Part shown: positions 21,439-34,028 of the stretch, piece by piece
How positions within the stretch are numbered: position 1 is the first letter of the stretch
Layout: the number at the start of each line of letters is the position of its first letter
From: Octopus bimaculoides
Taxonomy: Eukaryota
Direction: 5' to 3'
NCBI RefSeq assembly: GCF_001194135.2
Contig: NC_068998.1
Location: forward strand, 35,591,841 to 35,631,282
DNA length: 39,442 nucleotides
Notes under the pieces: generated by a model
Seen by the model: the letters and a program-made list of their open reading frames with translations, nothing else
Database searches by the model: none
Told to the model about the DNA's origin: nothing
Position numbers and translations under genes: made by a program

Positions 21439-23034
21439 TATTTCATAGAATAACGGAGATCGCGAATAATCTTGCAGCAAAACATAACTTTTAGTGCTTG
21501 TAGTCTAAATTTAAAATGGACGCAGACATTATTAATACTGGAATTCCTGGGCTGAAATGCATGAAGATAAGTTTTGTCTAGGTAATTATGTACGAATGTG
21601 TATGAATGTGCATAAGTCCATAAAAACATATACAGATAATTAACTTTCTATACTTGTAATGTAAACATAGTTATGAGTGAACGGAATATGGATTTATGAT
21701 TTTTATTTTAAGCCGGTATCTTATAAGGTAAACACGCTTATTTTACAAATACTTGATTATTCGCCAGTTAGTGTGAAAGATTATACGGTATAGTATACCC
21801 CAGTTTTTGAATACTCTCCCTTAGAAATATTTTTCAAAAATAAATTTTGATATGTTGTGATAAAGCGTTTATACGCCGGGTTTTATCATGGGTCATGTAG
21901 CAAAATCAATTATATTTCTCAAGCTATGACTTTTAACCCGGCTAACAAATATAACTCTTCAAGAACTTGAACTCCTAATTTTGAGTGCATACAAACATAC
22001 ATACAGACAGACAGACAGAGAGACAGACAGACAGACATGCATACGTACGTATGTATACATCTATGTATGCTGAAATCGCTGTATCCCTATTAATATAAAA
22101 CTATGTCACTGCGAAGACGTTCTCTTCAAGATAGCGTGTTAGTACTATACTATTGTAAATATAACTTATCGTGTATTCCAGAAAAATCTGTGATGATATT
22201 TCAGATGCTGAATGGATGAAAGAGATAAGCAGATAAATAAATATTTCTTGCTCAGCGGGTATCTGAAAGTAGGTGATATTATATACAAGAATATTCTGAC
22301 ATAATTATATTTAATATTGCTTCCAGCGAAGTTTGTAAAACAGTTTCAAACATGCTAAGAAAATGATTACTTCTCTCTACATGGAGGTATTTGTATAAGG
22401 TAAATTTTAAGGTCGGCTACGAAAATGAATTACAGGGAATGTAAAAAGCTGAGCGGGTAGGAAAGTATGTATAAGTTTTCAGTAAGTCTTCACTTCGTAT
22501 TTTTAGTGTAGATGAAAGGCAAATGATTAGCAGAATCAGTAAGTGCCGCTTCGTAGTCTTTGCGGTTATTTTTATTCGTTTGCTCTGGAACCAGGAGTTA
22601 TGTATATTCATTGTCTCCGCCTGGTCTTTCGCTATCATTGAAATCGATGCAATTAACATTCTTCTTGAATAATTAAGTTTCTTTTCATTCGGAGTTCAAA
22701 TACTGCCGGAGTCGTCTTTGTCTTTCATCCAACCGAGGAACGATAAAACATGTATCAGCCAGCGGATCTTTTTTAAAACGGGGGCCACATTTTTCATTAA
22801 TGTTTTACGTAGTGTTTTTGGTACCGAAAGACTTTCAAACTTCGTATACTTATCTATTTTGTGTTATAGAACAGAAAAATATTTTTGTATTCGAATTTAT
22901 TTCATGTAAAAAATTGTCTTATTTCGATAATTTCAACCAATCACTGACGTCCACTCAGCCGATATACATTAAGTGCCGACCACATAAACAAACGATTCTT
23001 CGTTTTATTTGCTTTTTTCATTTTAAATTTGCTT

Positions 23035-23109
23035 TAACCCTAAACCTAAGCCTAACCCTAACCCTAACCCTAACTCTAACCCTAGGGTTAGGGTTAGGGT
23101 TAGGGTTAA
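23035..23109. repeat. Interstitial telomere-like repeat: (CCCTAA)n directly followed by (TTAGGG)n
   Basis: About 8 imperfect CCCTAA units, a palindromic centre ccctaggg (23080-23087) and 4 TTAGGG units, then a ~990-N gap. Confidence 0.9.
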
Positions 23110-24102
23110 NNNNNNNNNNNNNNNNNNNNNNNNNNNNNNNNNNNNNNNNNNNNNNNNNNNNNNNNNNNNNNNNNNNNNNNNNNNNNNNNNNNNNNNNNNN
23201 NNNNNNNNNNNNNNNNNNNNNNNNNNNNNNNNNNNNNNNNNNNNNNNNNNNNNNNNNNNNNNNNNNNNNNNNNNNNNNNNNNNNNNNNNNNNNNNNNNNN
23301 NNNNNNNNNNNNNNNNNNNNNNNNNNNNNNNNNNNNNNNNNNNNNNNNNNNNNNNNNNNNNNNNNNNNNNNNNNNNNNNNNNNNNNNNNNNNNNNNNNNN
23401 NNNNNNNNNNNNNNNNNNNNNNNNNNNNNNNNNNNNNNNNNNNNNNNNNNNNNNNNNNNNNNNNNNNNNNNNNNNNNNNNNNNNNNNNNNNNNNNNNNNN
23501 NNNNNNNNNNNNNNNNNNNNNNNNNNNNNNNNNNNNNNNNNNNNNNNNNNNNNNNNNNNNNNNNNNNNNNNNNNNNNNNNNNNNNNNNNNNNNNNNNNNN
23601 NNNNNNNNNNNNNNNNNNNNNNNNNNNNNNNNNNNNNNNNNNNNNNNNNNNNNNNNNNNNNNNNNNNNNNNNNNNNNNNNNNNNNNNNNNNNNNNNNNNN
23701 NNNNNNNNNNNNNNNNNNNNNNNNNNNNNNNNNNNNNNNNNNNNNNNNNNNNNNNNNNNNNNNNNNNNNNNNNNNNNNNNNNNNNNNNNNNNNNNNNNNN
23801 NNNNNNNNNNNNNNNNNNNNNNNNNNNNNNNNNNNNNNNNNNNNNNNNNNNNNNNNNNNNNNNNNNNNNNNNNNNNNNNNNNNNNNNNNNNNNNNNNNNN
23901 NNNNNNNNNNNNNNNNNNNNNNNNNNNNNNNNNNNNNNNNNNNNNNNNNNNNNNNNNNNNNNNNNNNNNNNNNNNNNNNNNNNNNNNNNNNNNNNNNNNN
24001 NNNNNNNNNNNNNNNNNNNNNNNNNNNNNNNNNNNNNNNNNNNNNNNNNNNNNNNNNNNNNNNNNNNNNNNNNNNNNNNNNNNNNNNNNNNNNNNNNNNN
24101 NN

Positions 24103-24163
<61 letters not shown>

Positions 24164-24383
24164 AAGAGAGAGAGGGAGAGGGTTAACTTTTTCTGACAGG
24201 GCAAGAATGCATCCGGATAAATGTCAGAGAAGTATTTGACAGCTCCGCTAAAATATATCACAATTCACACAATTAAAGGCGTTGAGAAAAAAAATCTGTT
24301 TTCGACAAAGTCATAATCGGTATATTGTCGATAAAAGAATGTAATAGATGGATAGCAGCTTTAGCATCTATTTGGGTGGCAAC

Positions 24384-24420
<37 letters not shown>

Positions 24421-24481
24421 GTAAAAAAAGTAAATAAACTTGATAGGCCTATACATAACATGAAGGTGTAATTTGGACAAT

Positions 24482-24632
24482 TGAATTGGTAGAGTGCTTG
24501 GCTCAATGTCTTGCACTGTTTATTTATGCCTCTATTCTACATTATGAGCTCAAAAAACCTGTCGAGATCGTGTTTTTTTTTAATCCTCCACCTATATTTT
24601 ATTCCTCCGGCGATGATAAAATAAATACAGTG
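24482..24632 (+). mobile_element. Degenerate SINE family B
   Basis: gaattggtagagtgcttgg...atgagctcaaa...tcctccggcgatgataaaataaatacagt resembles the family B head and central domain. Confidence 0.5.
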
Positions 24633-24675
24633 GATTGACTAGGAGGCTTTTTAACGCACATGTAAGAAATTTCTG

Positions 24676-24734
24676 CCACCACCACCACCACCACCACCAC
24701 ATTTACCACCACCACATTTACCACCACCACCACC

Positions 24735-24825
<91 letters not shown>
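24676..24825. repeat. Compound trinucleotide repeat (CAC)n-(CTA)n-(TAA)n
   Basis: Direct reading. It explains the poly-V/L/G/S/I ORFs 24599..24835 and 24651..24839. Confidence 0.97.
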
Positions 24826-24828
<3 letters not shown>

Positions 24829-24913
24829 GTGGCAAGCAAATAGAAAAATGCTTATCATTCTGCTACTGAACATTAAAAAAATATTTTGCATTCATTACTG
24901 TTACTGACAAAAT

Positions 24914-25103
24914 GGCGGCGAGGTGGTAGAATCGTTAGCGCATCAAAAAACGTACTTTTGGGTGCGTTCCTTTTGGACTTTATATATTTCGTGTTCAAAT
25001 CTCACTGAGATCAACTTGTCCTTTTACCATTTTGGTAACGATAAAAGAGAAGCATGGTCAAATAGTGAGGTCGATGATATCGACTAATTACCTCCCTCTC
25101 ACC
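24914..25103 (+). mobile_element. tRNA-derived SINE family B (probable Meta-domain SINE)
   Basis: ggcggcgaggtggtagaatcgttagcg (A box), gtgttcaaatc (B box), then ...gataaaag...gaggtcgatgatatcgact. Confidence 0.75.
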
Positions 25104-25104
25104 C

Positions 25105-25434
25105 TTTTGTTTTACTCTTTCATTTGTTTCAGTCATTTGACTGCGGCCATGCTGGAGCACCGCATTTAGTCGAGCAAATCGACCCCAGGACTTATTCTGT
25201 GTAAGCCTAGTAATTATTTTATCGGCCCCTTTTGCCGAACCGTTAAGTTACGGGAACGTAAACACACCATCATCGGTTGTCAAGCGATGTTGGGGGACAA
25301 ACACAGACACACAAACACACACGCACACACATATATATATATACATATACATATATATGACGGGCTTCTTTCAGTTTCCGTCTACCAAATCCACTCTCAA
25401 GGCTTTGGTCGGCCGGAGGCTATAGTAAACACTT
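25105..25434 (-). mobile_element. SINE family A lacking most of the tRNA head
   Basis: Continuous match from the tail (ttttactc) through cagtcatttgactgcggccatgctggagcaccgc and the internal CA/TA repeat to gacgggcttctttcagtttccgtctaccaaatccac...gaggctatagt. Confidence 0.92.
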
Positions 25435-25669
25435 TCATAAGTTTGTCTTTGCTTGTTTTCAGACTATTAGTTAGCTCTTGTTCCATACGCTCTGAGTAAT
25501 ATAATGCTTTCGTTTCTTATCTCCCAAGTTTACTCTGATGGTTGAAATTAAATTAGGAATGTCTATCATATATAATGCATGAACACCAGAGAAATATGTT
25601 CTGTATCACATATGATACACATGCCAGGCAAAAGGTTAAAAATTAAACAATGAGTATTCCTTTGCCTTA

Positions 25670-25770
25670 TCGATGCCATCGATTCAGTATTTGACTGATA
25701 CATTGATTTTGTCGATCCTGAAAGGTGTTGGAATAAATACCGCAAAGCATTTTCAGAGGGTCTCACGGCA
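25670..25770 (-). mobile_element. Degenerate SINE family B fragment
   Basis: tcgatgccatcgattcagtatttgactgatac...tgtcgatcctgaaagg...aataccgcaaagcatttt is the reverse complement of the family B centre. Confidence 0.4.
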
Positions 25771-25788
25771 ATCATTATTTTTATGTGA

Positions 25789-25871
<83 letters not shown>

Positions 25872-26026
25872 ATCACTTTTACGTCACGTGTCACGTGATT
25901 ATGCTTAGTTGATGCTCGTATGTATGCATATGTATGTATGTATATANNNNNNNNNNNNNNNNNNNNNNNNNNNNNNNNNNNNNNNNNNNNNNNNNNNNNN
26001 NNNNNNNNNNNNNNNNNNNNNNNNNN

Positions 26027-26077
<51 letters not shown>

Positions 26078-26097
26078 ATGTATGTATGTATGTATGC

Positions 26098-26129
<32 letters not shown>

Positions 26130-26448
26130 GTATGTATATAAATACATATGCTGTGAGCATACATGTGCATATCCATAGATGTTGATATGAATAAATACAC
26201 ATTGGCATGCGTATAAATAAATATATATAAGGTGGGTGTAACCCTGACAAGTAAAATGATAAGTGAGAACGCAAGTATAAAAATCAAAGCCATATAATTG
26301 AAATGGAGTCCATATTGCATGTGTATACTCTTACCAGTTATATCTCATTAAACGCAAAATATATATCGAAAACAGTTATTTATGCACTTTGTAAAAGCAT
26401 GCCTTACAGTAATGCAGGAACGCCAGCATGTATGTATGTTTATATATG

Positions 26449-26498
<50 letters not shown>

Positions 26499-27634
26499 TA
26501 CACATATATATGTATGTATATATAAATGTGTGTGTGTGTGTGTGCAAAACGGTAATTTCTGGGGAAAATCTGGGTGATACAATCAACAACACTTTATTTA
26601 CAATTGCATAACGATAAGTCTCGGTAGATTTCATGATACCGTGTTAACATATTTTTACATGTGATGCAACTGTATGTTTGGTTAATTTAGGTTTGAATGT
26701 TGCTATGTTTGAATGTTTAGTTTTGAATGTTTCGTAGTTATTCCTTTTATCTCTCTATTTATCTATTTACTTATGCATTTATTTATTTTTAGAATTCTAT
26801 CAAAAATTATATTGTTGTGAACTAGATATTTTCTATCCAATTATATTTTATGGACTACATTGTAATGCGTTACGACAGCTCCTTGTTGTTAATGCATGAT
26901 CAACCAACGAAAAGTCATCCTTTTCGTACGTCTAATATAAAGGTTTGAGTCATGAAGCTTATAATTTATTTATGTAAAAATCTGAACATTACATTAGTTC
27001 TCTGAAGTACTTTCTGTGGTTAAATTGTTTGTGGTTTCGTGCTGATAAAGAGATTTTTCTTCCCGTGTTATTATAATGGTTGTTTATATATATACTATAA
27101 TATTATTATAATGTATTTTAACTATAGGTTTGGTGTTTGGTATGGTACAACAACTCGTGTTCCACTTTATTAGTTTTTTTAATGATATATTTGGCAGCTG
27201 TATTTTATAACTAGCGTGTATCTGGTCCTTTTGTATAAGACATGCGCGGTTTGTGTTGATTGGAAGGGTTAAACTAAACATCAAGAACTGGTAAGGACGT
27301 ATAAAAAATCTTTGATAAAGAAAAAAGAAAATTATCGAACTTAAGCACAATCGTGGTTTTAATACAAGACACATGCATATACACAGGCAGACATATCTGC
27401 GTGTGAGTTTGTATATATATAATTCTCTAAGTATATGTGTGTATGTGTGTGTGCGTAAAGAGAAAAATGCATAAATCTATCTACCCATCTATCAAACCAT
27501 CCATGTGTGTATGTATGTGTATGTCTGCGTGCATGCGTGTATGCGTGCGTGTGTGCGTACGTGTGTGAGTATGCGTGTTTGTATGTGTACAAATATGTGT
27601 GCGTTTACGTGCGTGTATGTGTATAGAGAGAGGG

Positions 27635-27679
<45 letters not shown>

Positions 27680-28347
27680 AGAGAAAGAGATCAGGGATTA
27701 ATAAATAGATAGATGTATTCATCCATTAACCCATCCATTCATCTACCCATCTATTTATCTATCGTTCTCTCTTCTGCCTGTATGTATACATGTGCGCGCG
27801 CGTATGTGTGTATGGCTGTATATGTGTTTCTATATAACCTCACTCCGTCTTTTTTCCCGTTGTAAGTGTTATGTGATGGTATTTCGCATTTGATTGTGTC
27901 TTGCGTTGCTACTAGAAGTATTGCGGCACTTCAGTCTACTTATCGGCGTCACTGGTAGAAATATGATTATTTTCATTCCTGACTAAACTATTGCCAACTG
28001 CAACATTATTCTATGTTAATGATTTCCACAGAAACTTCCAGTGTTGCCTCCCAGACACCTCTCCTATGTGTCGTTGGCTCACTGAATATCTGTCGCCTGA
28101 GCATTGAAGGGAAAAACAGATTGCCACGTCCTAAAAAAACACACAGACAGACACACAGACAGACTGACTGACTGACTGACTGAGAGATAGCATACACACA
28201 CAGTCAAATGATAACATGGAAGTTTGCCTGTCTGTTAGCCAGCCTCTCTATCTATCTATCTATCTATCTATCTGTCTGTCTGTCTGTCTGTATGTCTGTC
28301 TGTATGTCAGGCTGGTTGTCTGTCTGTCTGTCTGATTGTCTGTATGT

Positions 28348-28386
<39 letters not shown>

Positions 28387-28567
28387 CCTGTTTGTTTAAT
28401 TGTCTGTTTGTCTATCTTTCTGTTTGTATGTCTGTGCATGTATGTATGTATGTATGTATGTATGTCACGGTTCAGTTTATTTCAAGATTCCTTGCCAATA
28501 GAGAAAGAGCCGGTTTCTAACCTTGATTCAAGGCTCCTTCATTGGAATTTCAACATCAACAGCAGGG

Positions 28568-28601
<34 letters not shown>

Positions 28602-28914
28602 TGTATGTATGTATATGTGCAGATCTGTATGTTTTGCTTTATCTATGTATTCTCATGCATATAATTGCATATCTAGACAAGCTCATATATATTCAAATGA
28701 TAAATGAAAGTTTTACAGAAGGAAAGTGTTACAGATTTGTGCAGTTCCAGTGATGGATTGGATCTGTAGTCTTCGAATTAGCTTTTTTCGTTCTGGTTTT
28801 ATGAAACCTAATTTCTCAAGATTGGAATTTAGGCAGTGTGTTACATATTAAGCATGCACGTATGTATGTATGTATGTTATCAATCAGTTTCATTACGAAG
28901 GTAATATCAACGAT

Positions 28915-29224
28915 TAGCTGGAGATGATTTTTAAAATGAGAATATCTGAAATAAACTCGACTGCCACAAACGAGAATATTAATAATGAACCTGACCGCTC
29001 TCAAAAATTAAGTAAGAAAAAGACGGGAAAATAATCCAGAATCCTTGTCCAGTACCAAATCCATACCAAAATCTAATCAGTTCGTGCCAGTCACGAGGCT
29101 AAACATTCCTGAATGTTTCATCCGAATCCATCCAGCGGTTCTTGAGATATCTTGTCCACGGACAAACAAACGAAGAAACACGACTGAAAACAACACCTCT
29201 GCCTTCTCTAAGGCGGAGTTAATA
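28915..29224 (+). mobile_element. Helentron/HINE (DINE-1-like) non-autonomous element, 3' portion
   Basis: tttcatccgaatccatccagcggttcttgagatatcttgtccacggacaaacaaac... ends in the hairpin ctctgcctt-ctct-aaggcggag (29197-29218) followed by ttaataa. The 5' boundary is approximate. Confidence 0.55.
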
Positions 29225-29334
29225 AAAAATCTTATATGCACAGCGTTGTTCTGGAAGAAGTTTCGGTTGGTTCATGTCCATTCACAAATACAACCAAGTC
29301 TGTGATGTCATAATTTGTTTCTCTTGAAATTAAA

Positions 29335-30345
29335 TCACTAATTTGACGCTTTGTTTTTGGCAGTCCAGAGCCAGACTCTTGCGAATGTTTGTCTCCCATG
29401 GCCAAAACTTGATCCTGTAAAAAGATTTACAGAGAACTGAATATTGATATCTGGGTTTACCTATTGAGCTGCATACTTTAAGTCTTCAGCCATGTCCTCG
29501 TGATGTTTCATCCAAAGGTGTAAGAGACTGCCAAGTTGACACATGTTCAGTATAATTGCAAAAAGGTTACGGAGTTTCCTTGGAGAATCTGATATTGATG
29601 CTTCTGTTCATGCAAGGTCCCAATCTTCATCACTTTCTAAAAAGGACCTTGTTGAAAGCATACTTCCTTATAATTTTCACACACATAACATCCACCTTTC
29701 TTGAATCTTGGAATGATTTGGGACCACGTACTTCATGCAAAAAGAGGAGTAAGTAGTAGCATTCTGCTTGGCTTGGGGGGGGGGAAGACACTGTAAACTC
29801 TTGCATGAGCATCAGCCCCACATTTCCTCTTGTGCCATTTATTGCTTCTCCAAGTGTAATTCTTGTGCAGCTGTAGTTAAAGGAGTTTTCTTGCATCTTC
29901 TTCTACTTGACACAACTTTAAAAAGACAGTGATGGTAGTTTCTTTTGAAGAAAATGCTTGTTGCAAGGTTGTTTGTTTTCTAAAGATAACCCTGTTGTCA
30001 TTCTCTAGATGGACACTCAGATGAATGATGGCTGGGTGCCTCTCTTGAATGGGAAAATTGAAGATGCGCCTAAAAGTCTCATTAGTACTAATGCATCCTC
30101 CTCTGTCATATTGTGCATCTTCATCATTTTTATTTATCTGCTGACTGCCGTTCTGCATAAGAGCGTATGTTGCAGCATCTAAACCTTTGTTTATATATTT
30201 GCAAACATACTTGATAGAGTTAACAGAGTTGCAGACTCCAGCATTGATTCTGGCTACCTGTACTTATCTTTGCTTCACAGTAGAATACTGATTAACTTCA
30301 TCGACCCCGTCTCCTTTTGTACAGTGAGAACATTGTTCTCGGAAA
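29335..30345 (-). mobile_element. Helitron RepHel pseudogene fragment (end of Rep domain and linker)
   Basis: INAGVCNSVNSIKYVCKYINKG (two-Tyr motif, ~30195-30212), RIFNFPIQERHPAIIHLSVHLEN, TTITVFLKLCQ, ECYYLLLFLHEVRGPKSFQD, PRKLRNLFAIIL, LWMKHHEDMAED. Multiple stops and frameshifts. Confidence 0.9.
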
Positions 30346-30568
30346 CTTCTACCAAAATTTAAATGGGGTTAAATGAAAAAATGAGCTACGTGAATATCTT
30401 CGCAAGAGTAATTGAAATAAATGGTGATTGTGGAACGCCCCCCACACACACACAAACATGTGCGCGTGCAGAGTATCAAACATCAGATGAAATAGACGTG
30501 TGTGTAAGAGAGAGAAAGAATGTGTTGTCAAATATACGTACATACATAAATAAGTATACATACATCTT

Positions 30569-30614
<46 letters not shown>

Positions 30615-31274
30615 TGTGTGTGTGTGAGTGCATGAGAGAGGGAAAGAGAGAGAGAGAGAAGGAGTGAATGCCACTTAGACATCTCTCTTTCTTACTCTGT
30701 CTCACACACACATGCACACACGTACACATACTACATACAAAAAAGTTGTATGCATATGTATAATGTATGTACATATACATGGCAACACACCCCTTGACTC
30801 ACTCACTCACGCTCTCTCTCACAAACACACACACACACATACACAAATGTATACAAACGTACTTACAAAATCACAAGTGTACGTGTATGACTGATTTGTG
30901 TGTATGAAAGAGGTGAGAGAGAATATTGCGAACAATGAATGGAATAAACATGAAATGAAAAAGACGTATAAATAAAAGCTCTTGTACGGAATGTTCAAAT
31001 TTGTGAACTTAGTAAATATTTCTGTCAGTAATTTATCGTAGTTGTTTGCAAATAGTGAAGTAAAACTTGAAATGAGAGCGTCAAAATAGAGAGAGAAGCT
31101 TTTTGCCGTTGATACGTCAATACTAGAAGTTGACATTGAAAAACCTTTTTAAAGAAGTGAATCATATATATAAAGCAGTATTATTTATTTTTTATAAAAA
31201 ATCAAACGAAGAGCCTAATATTTGTCCGAGGTCAAATTATTCATGCATCACAAAGTATATTTTATATATTAGAT

Positions 31275-31401
31275 TGGCAAAAGAGACCGATAGAATAAGT
31301 ACTAGGCTTCCAAATAATAAGTCCTGGGATGGATTTGATCGACTAAAGGCGGTGCTCCAGCATGGCCGCAGTCAAATGACTGAAACAAGGAAAAAGAGTA
31401 A
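31275..31401 (+). mobile_element. SINE family A 3' part
   Basis: ggcaaaagagaccgatagaataagtactaggctt...gactaaaggcggtgctccagcatggccgcagtcaaatgactgaaacaag...aaagagtaa. Confidence 0.92.
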
Positions 31402-32041
31402 CAACATAAACAAGATCTGTCACCAGTCCTACACTTCCACTTCACTCTAATCATTATCATCATCATCATCACCATCACCAACATCATTAGCAGCAGCATC
31501 ATTACCCTAATCGTCATCGTCGTCATCATCATCCCATCGTAAAACCATCTTTGTCATTAATAAATATGTAAAAAGTATAAAGGAAAAGGAATACAAGTGT
31601 GTGCGTGTGCGTATGGGTACGTGTGTATACGAAATTGTTTTATGTTCAATGTATGTCTTCGTAAGTGTGCATATATATATATATATATATATANNNNNNN
31701 NNNNNNNNNNNNNNNNNNNNNNNNNNNNNNNNNNNNNNNNNNNNNNNNNNNNNNNNNNNNNNNNNNNNNNNNNNNNNNNNNNNNNNNNNNNNNNNNNNNN
31801 NNNNNNNNNNNNNNNNNNNNNNNNNNNNNNNNNNNNNNNNNNNNNNNNNNNNNNNNNNNNNNNNNNNNNNNNNNNNNNNNNNNNNNNNNNNNNNNNNNNN
31901 NNNNNNNNNNNNNNNNNNNNNNNNNNNNNNNNNNNNNNNNNNNNNNNNNNNNNNNNNNNNNNNNNNNNNNNNNNNNNNNNNNNNNNNNNNNNNNNNNNNN
32001 NNNNNNNNNNNNNNNNNNNNNNNNNNNNNNNNNNNNNNNNN

Positions 32042-32072
<31 letters not shown>

Positions 32073-32267
32073 CATACATATATACACATGCACAAGTACC
32101 CCATCTCACATTATATATATGGGTGGGGTGAATATATTATTATAAGCACAGATTATCATCATTTCATTCATATATATATATATAGACATATATACATACA
32201 CACTATATATATATATGTATGTATGTGCATATATATACATATATACACGTATATGTATCTATATCTA

Positions 32268-32301
<34 letters not shown>

Positions 32302-32713
32302 AACGTGTGTGTATATATACATGCACACACATACACACAAACACAAACACAAACACATGAACACAAACACACACACACAAACACACATGTACTTGTACAC
32401 ATACATGCACTCATACATAACATTTACACACTCTTATAATTATCATACCATAATTCTTTCATCTAATAACTTTTTTTCTTGTTTGGCATGAAGATTCTGG
32501 CAAATGGCTCAGGTTACAACAATGATTTTGTCTGCCTCTGGCGGAGCCGAAGATAAGGATGAAATCCCGCTGTGTACATTGTGTATACAGCAATGAATGT
32601 TTGAAATTTCATTTCATCCTTTAGTGGGGAGGGAACATTCCCTTTTCTATCTTGTTTTGTTTTTGTATTTTTGTTTGTTGTTGTCTCTTTTTTTCTCCTT
32701 TGTTTGTCATTAG

Positions 32714-32785
32714 ACAAGGGATCTGTTAGTGAGGCTCGGCCCGAAAATGGTCTGATACACATTTTGTTTGTTATGACTGTCTGCG
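32714..32785 (+). CDS. Candidate 72-nt internal exon (phase 1-1), peptide (D)KGSVSEARPENGLIHILFVMTVC; product unknown
   Basis: About 70 nt of T-rich tract ending tcattag|, donor tgcg|gtatgt. Only one frame is open and the length is divisible by 3. Confidence 0.45.
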
Positions 32786-33074
32786 GTATGTATATCCAAT
32801 TGTATGCTTAACAATGGTATGCTGACAACAATAGACGAAATACAAAATGAAGACTTTATAATATACATATAACAATCAGTTAACTGTAAAATAAAAAAAG
32901 CCCCCTTCTGAATTTCTCCCTAATTCAATCACTTTGTAACTTATCCTAAAATGGCATATTATCTTTAAAACATTTTATAATTCTTTTCCACCACCACGAC
33001 ACCACCATAAAAAAAAAAAAAGAAAGACCATTGATTTTCAACAAGATAATTAGTTTTGAGTATCAAAGGCTACC

Positions 33075-33332
33075 AAGCATGACTGTCTGGTATGAAGCTT
33101 GCTTCCTATCCACATGATTCTGGGTTCAATATCACTGCGTGAGATCTTAGGTAAGTGTCTTCTACTACAGCCTCGGGCCGATGAAGATCTTGTGAGAGGA
33201 TTTAGTATTTGGTAGACGAAAACCGAAAGAAACCCATTGTGTATACACACACACGAACAAACATACACACACATATATATATACACGATGTGTGTGTGTG
33301 TGTGGGTTGGGTTGATCCCACCATCGCTTAAT
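33075..33332 (+). mobile_element. SINE family A 5' two-thirds, degenerate
   Basis: ctgtctggtatgaagcttgcttcc...ctgggttcaat...aagtgtcttctactacagcctcgggccga...tttggtagacgaaaaccgaaagaaaccc...ccaccatcgctta. Confidence 0.8.
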
Positions 33333-33819
33333 AAATATGGCTGTAGTCCAATGCCTGAAACAATTAAACACTAAAAGTTGTTTAAATATCTGCAGTGAGC
33401 TTCGATCGAGTCGATCTCCAATCATGATGGCATATATGTTGATTGAAGATGAAACCGATCGAACGTTGTGTTAGTTTTTTTTTTCTTCTTTTAATAAAAA
33501 AACCGATTGCTTTTGATTACCAACAAGTTATCCTTTAGTTGATATTAATTCATTGAAATATCAAATCTTTGTACGATTTCGAATGCTTTCGAAAGATAAT
33601 ATTATAGTCAAAAGAATTTGTAATCTTACTCAATAGTTTTATTACTTTACACATAATGTATTATTTTACGAACAGTTCTACCATAAATTATCGTATAAGC
33701 ATATCTTTACGCATTTGTTTTTCATACAAAAGGCTGGTGTTGGTGGTGATGGTGGCAGTGGCGATGGCCGTCGTCGTCGTCATGGAGGAAGAGTAACTCT
33801 GAGACGATTTGTTGTAACT

Positions 33820-34028
33820 AATTTTCTAATTTTTGGCATAGAGTTGGCAGTTTAGGTGAGAGGGTGAAGTCGATTACATTGACCTCAATGTTCAACAGGT
33901 ACTTATTTCATCGCTCTCGAAATGATGAAAGACAAAGTCAACCTCGGCGACATTTGAAATAAGAGCGTAAAACCGGAAGAAACGCTACTAAGCATTTTGT
34001 CTAGCGTGCTAATAATTCTGCCGCCTTA
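33820..34028 (-). mobile_element. SINE family B
   Basis: Minus strand gtaaggcggcagaattattagcacgc...gaggttgactttgtctttcatcatttcgagagcgatgaaataagtacc...gaggtcaatgtaatcgact. Confidence 0.75.

Noticed and set aside
22084-22110. A|TCCCTATTAATATAAAA resembling a Helitron 5' end
   Set aside because: No matching hairpin-CTRR 3' end was found downstream, so no element could be delimited.
22937-22951. CCAAT box next to a CRE-like TGACGTC as a promoter
   Set aside because: No evidence of a start site or adjacent exon; the motifs are short and probably lie inside a dispersed repeat.
23035-23109. Ancestral telomere-telomere fusion site
   Set aside because: A fusion gives (TTAGGG)n then (CCCTAA)n; the order here is the reverse.
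27215-27290. Possible exon with a GTAAGG donor (CIWSFCIRHARFVLIGRVKLNIKN)
   Set aside because: The acceptor is modest, the peptide is unrecognisable and there is no phase link to other candidates.
33570-33600. Minus-strand ttcgaaatcgtac resembling a hammerhead 3' half
   Set aside because: There is no CUGANGA half or stem II, and it is too short to support.
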